From NCBI RefSeq assembly GCF_006345805.1, contig NC_043011.1:7874001-7938000 (forward strand): a stretch of 64,000 bases of DNA. The letters run 5' to 3'. Below the pieces are notes generated by a model that worked only from the letters and a program-made list of their open reading frames with translations, was not told where the DNA came from and made no database searches. Below are positions 50,301-60,137 of the stretch, piece after piece. Source of the DNA: Octopus sinensis. Taxonomy: Eukaryota. The translations under genes were made by a program, and so were the position numbers. The first letter of the stretch is position 1. Every line of letters starts with the position of its first letter.

Positions 50301-51845
50301 TCTGTTTTCCATGCTGGCATGGGTCGGCTGCTTTGTAAGGGTCTAATGATCTGCAAAGCTGCAGTGAGTTCCAATGTCAGTTTTGACATTGTTTCTATGG
50401 CTGGATGCCTTTCCTAACACCAACCAAGTGTTTGGGACTTACCACTGCACATGATCAAATGATGCTGTTGTTTAGCCCTAGGTTAGCCATGACTATTTTT
50501 TTTCCTTCTCATGAGCATTGTGTATCAAGGACTACACTTGCCCAGTATGTCTTTCCTTCTTCAAAACAATAGGCTGCAGTTTGAGTGAAATTTAGCTACA
50601 ATTTCTAGCAGCTATAACGACTACATTGGACCCCTACACCACTCAGTATATTGTTGTTGTTGTTGTTGCTTCTATTGTTACTGTTGTTTTTGTTCTTTTT
50701 TTTTCTTCCTTATTTTTTTCTGCATTTTGTTCCTGTTCTTGTTCTAGGGTTCCTTCCTCTTCTTTCTCTTCCACCCCTTCTTTTCTTCCTCTTCTTCGTC
50801 CCCTTCTTCCTCTTCCTTCTTTTTCTTCTTTTTCTTTTTCTTCTTCTCCTTCTTCTTCCCTCCTCACCAGTACTATGGCATTATTTTCCCCCACCATCCA
50901 TTCTATTACAGGACAACGAGCAACGCAAAAAAGACGAACAAGAAGAAGAATGGTACAGCCCTTCGGTAAATACCTTTTTTTACTTACTTTTTGTTTTGCA
51001 CCATTTCTCATCAGAATAAAACCTTTACCCCCCCACCAACACCATCTTGCTGGAGGACACCTCTGATCATAAGATACAAAGTACCTAATTTTTCTCTTTT
51101 AATTAGGGATCTTGTATCTCAAAAATTCTTTAAAATTGTTTTTAATTTTTTAAAATTTGGGTTGCAGACAGTGTTGGTGTGTTTACATCCTTGTAACTTA
51201 GCAGTTTGGCAAAAGAGCCCAATAAAATAAGTACCAGGCATGGAAAGAAAATAAATAGTGCCCCAGCATGGCCACAGTCTAATGACTGAAAGAAGTATAA
51301 AATAAAAGAGCTGCTGGAAACCCCACCTTGAAGACAACCCCCGAGTGTTCAGTTTTTGCCCGATGACCCGCACAAATGATTTGCTTATAGCGGTCAAATG
51401 TATGTGTTGTACAATTTCCCACTCATTCCATCAAATCGACATGGCCGGAACAGGTGAACTGGGGACCACACGTCAGGTGTTGAAGTGATGGACAGAGCAA
51501 AGTGCAACAAAGTGTTTAGCCCAAGAACACAGTACATCGCCTGGTCTGAGAATTGAACCCACAATCTAACAATTGCATGCTGTACACCCTAACCACCCAG
51601 CCATGCACCTTCGTACATGTAATATATTCTTTCATTTGTTTCAGTCATATTGACTGCGGCCATGCTGGAGCACTGCCTTTAGTTGAACAAATCAACCCCA
51701 GGACTTATTCCTAGTACTTACTCTATCAGTCTCTTTTGCTGAACTGCTAAGTTATGAGGATGTAAACACACCAACACCTGTTGTTAAGCGATGGTAGGAG
51801 GACAAACACAGACACACAAATACACACACACACACATATATATTA

Positions 51846-51876
<31 letters not shown>

Positions 51877-54125
51877 CTATGGGTAGTGGGTAGCGATTTC
51901 CTTCACTACTTCAAGGAGTGACAACTCTGCCTGACACGAGTCCCGGGCTCAGCTGGCTCCAGCTGATAGTACTCGGTATGGGCCCCTATCCAGGGTATAC
52001 ATGAAAGGAGACAACCTTCAAAGAAATCCGGAATGGAGCCCCGTAGGCGGTTTAGTGTTCGACTCGACACTCTTCCGACAGCTCCTGCAACTAAGCTGGT
52101 GCCAAACGTAATGCTCTGCACTCCTTTGGACTACATCAGCAAGGTCGAGAGAGGAATCCTGACGATTGGGTTACCCAGGATTATCTTATTTCTAGCCAAG
52201 GCCTGCGCAAAACTCGAGAGGAAACTGGGAGAGGATATTCCAGTGCTACTGTAAAAAGTGGCAGATTATTTTATGCACAACTCCATTGTCTCCCGAGACA
52301 AAAGGATGCCAACAATATATATATGACAAGCTTCTTTCAGTTTCCATCTACCAAATCCACTCACAAGACTTTAGTCGGCCTGAAGCTATAGTAGAAGAGA
52401 CTTACCCAAGGTGCCACGCAGTGGGACTAAACCCAGAACCATGTGGTTGGAAAACTAACTTCTTACCACACAGCCATTCCTGCACATTATAGATATCATC
52501 ATCATCGTTTAACGTCTGTTTTCCATGCTAGCATGGGTTGGACGGTTCAACTGGGGTCTGGGAAGCCAGGAGGCTGCGCCAGGCCCAGTCTGATCTGGCA
52601 GTGTTTCTACAGCTGGATGCCCTTCCTAACGCCAACCACTCCGAGAGTGTAGTGGGTGCTTTTTATGTGCCACCTGCACAGGTGCCAGACGAGGCTGGCA
52701 AACGATCATGATCAGATAGTGTTTTTTACGTGCCACCTGCACAGGTGCCAGACGAGGCTGGCAAATGATCAGATAGTGTTTTTTACGTGCCACCTGCACA
52801 GGTGCCAGACGAGACTGGCAACTGCCACAATCGGATGGTGCTTTTTATGTGCCACCGGCACGGAGGCCAGTCGGTGCGGCGCTGGCAACGGCCACATTCG
52901 GACAGTTCTCTTACGTGCCACCGGCACTGGTATCTCAGCTACAATTTCCATTGATGTTGAAAGATTTCGATTTCGATTAGATATATATATAATATATTCA
53001 TATATCTTTTATCTTGTACTTGTCCCAGTCATTAGATTGTGGCCATGCTGGGGCACTGCCTTGACGGATTTATTTTAGTCAAACAAGTCGATGCCAGGAC
53101 TTTTGCCGTAGTCCTAAGTTGCAAGGATGTAAACATTCTAACCACAGTTGTCAAGCAGTGGTAGACCAACACACACACACACTCACACATAGATGGTAGC
53201 CTAAAAGTAGGTTTACAGTTATCACGTAGGCACTTTAAATTTCTTTTAAAACCTTTTATTACAATTAAATTTGTATCTTGCAAACTGAACAGGGAGCTTG
53301 ACAAAATTAACTAAATTAGCATAGAATAATGGTTTCATATTCTTTTATAATTAAGATCTAAACTACTAATATATGAAAGCGAAAGAGAAAGTAGAATAAC
53401 TGTAAACCTACTTTGGGGCCACCCGGTATATATTAAATAATGTGTAAACAATGGGCTTCTTTCAATTTCTGTCTACCAAATCCACTCAAGACTTTGGTGA
53501 GCCCAAGGCTATAGTAAAAGACACTTGCTTAAGGTGTTGCACAGTGGGACTGAACCCAGAACCATGTACTTGGGAAGCAAGTTTCTTACCACACAGCCTT
53601 GCCTGTGCTTATTATATATTTACATATTTATTCATCGGTGGCACGTTAAAAGCACCAACCGATCGTGGCCGATGCCGGACCCCCCTGGCACCTGTGCAGG
53701 TGGCACGCAAAACGCACCCACTACACTCGCGGAGTGGTTGGCGTTAGGAAGGGCATCCAGCTGTAGAAACTCTGCCAGATCAGACTGGAGCCTGGTGCAG
53801 CCCCTGGCTTCCCAGATCCCGGTCAAACCATCCAGCCCATGCTAGCGCGGAAAACAGACGTTAAACGATGATGATGATGTTCATGATCTTACCACACATC
53901 TACGCCTGTGCCTACAAACACACACACACACATATGCATATATATTTGGAAAAAATGAATAGAAATGACTTCTCTGATAATTTTATCCACTTTGATAATC
54001 AGATGTTTGTTAACCAATCAACGTTTACAAATCGTGACCCTGTTGTGAGTTTCCTCATTTAAAAGTGGTTTTCAAACTGATAATTTCTGTGTAGGTGGGG
54101 CTGTTGAAAAAGGAACACTCACACG

Positions 54126-54156
<31 letters not shown>

Positions 54157-55254
54157 CCTCCTCCCTTCCCCTCATAATAAAAACAGAATCAGAATGAACA
54201 AGGAGAGGAAGGCTCAGATATAAAAGACACACTTATACATACACTAACACATTTACACACTCACACACATTAAATGATTGGTCCAGAGGACAGTGTAACT
54301 AGAAGCTTTGTTAGCATAACAATCGTTTCGGCTTCATTCTGCACTGTTCCCTTGTGGGTGTGTGGGTGATGTAATGACATCAGATGCAATGCACAGTGCA
54401 ATAAACCTAATCAGGTGATGTAGCATGCTTCAAATGTTACCAGATTTACATTTTCGTTTCGCTTACCGTACACGATGTTGACAAGTCACAAAAATTGCAT
54501 GACATTGATGTCCATCACTCCTTGATGAGATTGATAATAATAATGGTATTTTAATATAAGCTTAAAGCTTTTGGCAATAACTGTGCAATGACGAAGGAAA
54601 ATAATCTAATAAACCTTCTTTTTCTTGTCGAGGACTTATATGCCCCTTTATTAGACTATTTTCTTAGTCATTGCTCAGTGATTGCCATAGGCTTTAAGCT
54701 TGAGGCCTATTGAGTCAAGTACATCAACATCAAAATAAATATCAAATGGAAATAGTAGTTGTGATACCTGTGCCGGTGGCATCCGAACGTGGCCGATGCC
54801 AGCACTGCCGTGACTGGCTTCTGTGCCAGTGGCACGTAAAAAGCTCCAACCGATCATGGCTGCTGCCTGCCTCCCCTGGCATCTGTGCCAGTGGCATGTA
54901 AAAAACACCCACTACACTCACGGAGTGGTTGACGTGAGGAAGGGCATCCAGCTGTAGAAACACTGCCAGATCAGACTGGAGACTGGTGCAGCCTACTGGC
55001 TTCGCAGACACCAGTCGAACCATCCAACCCGTGCTAGCAAAGAAAACAGACATTAAAAGATGATGATGATGATGATATATATATATAGTATTAATAAAAT
55101 AGGAGATGAAATGTGTAATAGACTTTATTGGGTACAACACATGTTTCAACCCGTTCTGGGTCTCTTCGCATACATCAAGAAAAAGTTTGACTAGAGATCT
55201 CTTGAGTCAGCTTACATACTGCTATAAGTCCATCAAATTCGATATATATATATG

Positions 55255-55295
<41 letters not shown>

Positions 55296-58200
55296 TATAG
55301 GAGAATCAGTAAGTTGTCATAATAGAACTCAGAGTTTCAAATGCCAGAGCTCTGAGCTTCTACGCATTTCCGTCGGCTATTTTTCACGATAGATGCTATG
55401 AAAAAAAAGAACAAAAAAAATGTTGACTAAAAGGGAAGTTACTCTGATAGGCATGACAAAAATGTAAGATATAAAATGTTAAAAATAAAAAAAAATGCAT
55501 GCAACCACATTCTCGCAACATATAGAAATCTTCTACGTTCGTAAAATCTGGTTGTGTGTAATTTTTTCATTTATTACACTAGCACTATGACCTGGCATAT
55601 GTCTCTACATAGACATATACTTTTTGGGATCAGGATGATCCTTCGTTTGGTTCTTGAACATCCAAGATTGAAATCCAGTCTGGATGAGGATTTGTTGTGT
55701 GTTGACAGTTGAGAATTTGAATTCTAAAAGAACTCCAAAACTTTGTGAAATTAACAAGTTTTTCACTTAACCCTTTCGTTACCGTATTTATTTTGAGATG
55801 CTCTGTGTTTCTTTCAATTATTTTAAATCTAACAAAGAATTTTGTAAAATAACTTAGCTATCATTCAGCCAGTGTTAGGAATATAAATTGCAACTAAGGT
55901 TTGGTGGTATATTTTGATGCAAAACTTATGAAAACAAGACATTTGTACTACAGAGCCAGAGCCGGGTTAGTAACGAAAGGGTTACTGAATTGAAAGTAAT
56001 ACCATGTTAGTAGGGTACCAATGAATGTTTTATTATTATTTCTCTCTGTTTCTTTTGGAGGTGGGGGGGCTGCAGGCCCAAATAGCCCTCCGCAGGAACT
56101 AGCCTAAAAGTCCACACACTGACTTCTAAGCTAGTACACATAATGTTCGTCCTTCGGTTCGAAGATGACCAACTGACATCATCTGATGGAACTGCCGCCA
56201 TGAGACCGGAGGTGGCTGGTGAGGCCAATCCGGGCAAGGAAGCCCCTCCCACAGGTGGGGCAGAAGTGGGTAGGGGCAGTGCTACTGGTGCAGGCGGCTC
56301 TGACTTTACGCATCTGACGTTTCTGCTCCGCTGACCGAATCCGTCCCTCCTCGGCTGTCCCTGCTCCCACGGTGATTGCGCTGCGCCAGGATGAGCGGTT
56401 GGCAGCAAGTGTCTCCCAGGTCTCTGTTCCGATGGAGAAGTCTTTGAGAGAGACCTTGAGACTATCCTTGTAGCGCTTTTTCTGCCCTCCGACTTTGCGC
56501 CTGCCCTGGCCGAGTTCACCGTAGAAGAGCTGTTTTGGGATGCGAGTGTCGGACATGCGGGAGACATGGCCCGCCCATCTCAGCTGGGCCTTGCGCATGA
56601 TTGTGATGGTGCTAGGGAGATCTGCCTGCTTCAGAACTTCCGTGTCTGGGACTTTGTCCTGCCAGCGGATGTGAAGGAGATTCCGAAGACACCTGAGATG
56701 GAAGTGGTTTATCTGGCGCTCGTGCCTTCGGTAAGCAGTCCACGTCTCGCAGCCGTATAGTAGAGTGGTAAGCACGACTGCCCGGTAGACTTTCAGCTTG
56801 GTGTTGAGGCTGATTCCTCTCCGCTCCCAGACTTTCTTTCGCAGTCTCCCAAACGCGCTGCTTGCCTTGGAGATTCTGTTGATGGTTTCAGCATCTATGT
56901 TGGCATTGCAGGAGAGAGTGCTGCCCAGGTAGGTGAAGTTTTCCACCACTCGTAAGATCCGTCCGTTCACCCTTATCTGAGGCTCATGGTATTGTTTGCC
57001 GGGGGCTGGCTGAAACATCACTTCGGTTTTCTTGGCACTGATGGTGAGACCGAAGTTGTCACAGGCTGATGAGAACCTGTCCATCTCGAGCTGCATCTCC
57101 TGCTCATCGATTGCATTAAGGGCGCAGTCGTCAGCAAAGAGAAAGTCTCTGACGATTGTCTCCCTCACCTTTGTGACAGCCTGCAATCTTCTGGAGTTGA
57201 AAAGTTTCCCGTCTGTCCTGTACTTGATGTCGATACCGGACTTGCAGTCCCTAAAGGCGTCGGACAGCATTGCTGAGAACATGATGCTGAACAGTGTTGG
57301 GGCCAGGACACAGCCCTGCCTGACTCCGTTGGTCACCTGGAAGGCTTCAGATGAGTTGCCGTCTTCAAGGATTCTGGCTGTCATTCCGTCGTGGAACTGG
57401 CGGACAATTGCAATAAATTTGCTGGGGCAACCAAATTTTCCCATGACCTTCCATAGTCCCTCCCGACTGACTGTATCAAAGGCCTTGGTGAGGTCAACAA
57501 AGGTCATGCAGAGGTCAAGGTGCTGCTCCATGCATTTCTCCTGGAGCTGGCGGGCGGCGAATATCATGTCAGTGGTCCCTCGACCCGCACGGAAGCCACA
57601 CTGGCTCTCAGGGAGAAGGCCTTGCTCCAAGTGTTCCAGAAGGCGGTCAAGCAGGACCCGGGCCAGGATCTTGCCTGCTATGGACAAGAGGGAAATACCT
57701 CGGTGGTTGTCGCAGGACTGCCGATCTCCTTTCCGCTTATAAATGTGGACGATTGTTGCATCCCGGAAATCTTGAGGGAGTTGTTCCCTGTCCCACATCG
57801 ACTGGAACAGGCTGGTGAGCTGACTGATCATGGTGGGGCCTCCCGACTTGAACACCTCTGCAGGGATGGCGTCAGAGCCTGGAGCTTTGCCGGTGGACAT
57901 TTTTTTGATGGCTCTGCTCACTTCCCCGACTGCAGGGGGAACAGCCAACTCGTGGTTTGTCGGCACCTGGGGGAGTCGTGCGATGGCTTCCTCGTTGATC
58001 TGGGCTGGTCGGTTGAGCACGATGTTGAAGTGCTCCGCCCATCTCTCCAGGATCAGCCTCTTGTTAGTCAGGAGTGAGGTTCCATCTGAGCTGAGCAGGG
58101 GGGTTGATCCAAAGGAGAACTGCGGTCCATAGACAGCTTTCAGCGCCTCGTAGAATTTCTTGGTGTCGTGTTTGTCTGCGTATCCCTGAATCTCATCCGC

Positions 58201-60085
58201 CTTGGCGCTTAACCATGCATCTTGCATGAGGCGGAGTTTAGCCTGGACTGTGCTGCGAATGTTGTTGAAAGCGGCCTTCTTTGCCGTGCAGGTGGTGTCA
58301 TTTTGGTGAGCCCGCAGCAGACGGCGTTTCTCTTCCAGGAGCTTTTGGATTTCCTGGTCGTTTTCGTCGAACCAGTCCTGGTGGTTCCTCGTAATTTGGC
58401 CCAGAGTTTCAAGGGCGATGGAATGAACCGTGTCCCTGAATGATTCCCACTGCTCATCGAATGTCCAACAGCTTACTGTCCATACGTGACTGGAGATCTT
58501 GTGCAGTCAGCTGGTTCCCTAATTTCGTGATGTTAAGCTTCCTCGTCACTTTCTGACCCTGTGGTCTTCTCTTAGGTCGGATGTAGAAATCCATCCTGGA
58601 GATGATGAGGCGATGGTCCGTCCAGCAGTCAGCTCCGCACATGGCTTTGACCAGTCTCACGTCCCGCCTGTCTTTCGCCCTGACGATGACGTAATCTATC
58701 AGATGCCAGTGTTTGGAGCGTGGATGCATCCATGATGTCTTGTTGCGTGTTGGCAGACGGAACAAGGTGTTGGCGATGGTAAGATCATGAGAGGCACACG
58801 CACGCAGGAGGAGCTGTCCGTTGCTGTTGCACTTTCCGATTCCTTGCTTTCCCAGTACGCGATGCCAGGCTTGGTGGTCAGTCCCGACACGGGCGTTAAA
58901 ATCCCCAAGGAGGATGAGCTTCCCAGGCTGGGCTGACGTGATGAGGGACTCGAGTTCCTCATAGAACCTGTCCTTAACTTCTTCAGGGTTGGTCATGGTG
59001 GGGGCGTAAGCACTGATGATGGTCGCACTAGTCTTGTTTCCAAGTGGGAGCTGCATCTTCATCAGCCGATCGTTGATACCCTCGGGGGGGCTTTCCAGTT
59101 TCCGCACGTGTACTGACTTAATGGCAAAACCAACACCAGCCTCACGACGCTCTTCGCTGCTGCGACCACTCCAAAAGAAAGTGTAGCCGCCGCCTGTCTC
59201 TGTCAGCTGGCCTTTGTCCGCAAGGCGGGTCTCGCTCAGTGCTGCAATATCGACACTGTATCGGCTCAGTTCTCTGGCCACCAGGGCAGTTCGTCTCTCT
59301 GGTCTGTCCGCTTTGGTGTTGTCAAGCAGAGTTCTCACGTTCCAAGTTGCGAAAGTGAGCACCTTTGTTTGTTTTCTTCTTTCTTTGTTTCGACCGCTTG
59401 GAAAGGATCCCCGCCAGCCGCGGTTTGCTGACCAGGGTGAGGTGAGGCAGGCTATGTTTGTGTCAGGTCTCCGCTTGGAGCTACTGGTAACATGTAACCC
59501 AGTACAACCTGTTACATGGTCGGGTCGTTGGCGACTAAACTGGCAACCCCACCAAGATTTCTTGGTGAGGAGGGTGATTTGGACACCCAGCAGGACTAAA
59601 AACAAAACCTGTCAAAGGGCAGAGGAACTCTCTCATGAGTCAATGGCCATCCAAAATCCGGAGTGGAGCCCCTAAGGCGGTTGGATTGCGCCATGCGTGC
59701 CACCTTCCGGCAGCTCCTGCATCTTGGTCTACCCCCAGTCGTCTTGACTTTGTCTTGCCACTGGATCCGGCGCACCAGGACGAGAGAGTGAGGCTGATCC
59801 TGCGCAAGTCACCCTCACTATAATCCAAGTCACGTGCATGTCACGACATCATGACGCCATGACACCATCCCAAAGTCCTGTGGCGATGGGGAAACGGCGA
59901 AGTAGCAGGTGAGGATACACTGGGAGCTGCAGTCGTGAACCCACACACAGGCGGCTCAGGACATGTGGTCGCCCCTCACTGAACTGAGGCAGCAGTGGAG
60001 TCTGGCAGCCTCCTGAGTGACCGAGCAGCCCTCTTCAGGATCGCGCTGCTCGCCTCCCCAGCATGAGGACGGGGCTAGAAAAGCT

Positions 60086-60137
<52 letters not shown>

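Noticed and set aside
50626-51066. Long ORFs over the CTT/TTC-rich tract
   Set aside because: These come from a low-complexity pyrimidine repeat. Only the 54-nt spliced segment 50912-50965 is supported.
56043-56127. GC-richer segment beyond the RTE 3' end as a possible 3' transduction
   Set aside because: It lies outside the TSD, so it predates the insertion; its origin is unknown.
59880-60080. HDV-like or hammerhead ribozyme at the 5' end of the full-length RTE
   Set aside because: A CTGAAGA and a gagcagc/gctgctc hairpin are present, but there is no downstream GAAA and no P1/P2/P3/P1.1/P4 order that I could fit by eye. An RNArobo/Infernal search would settle it.
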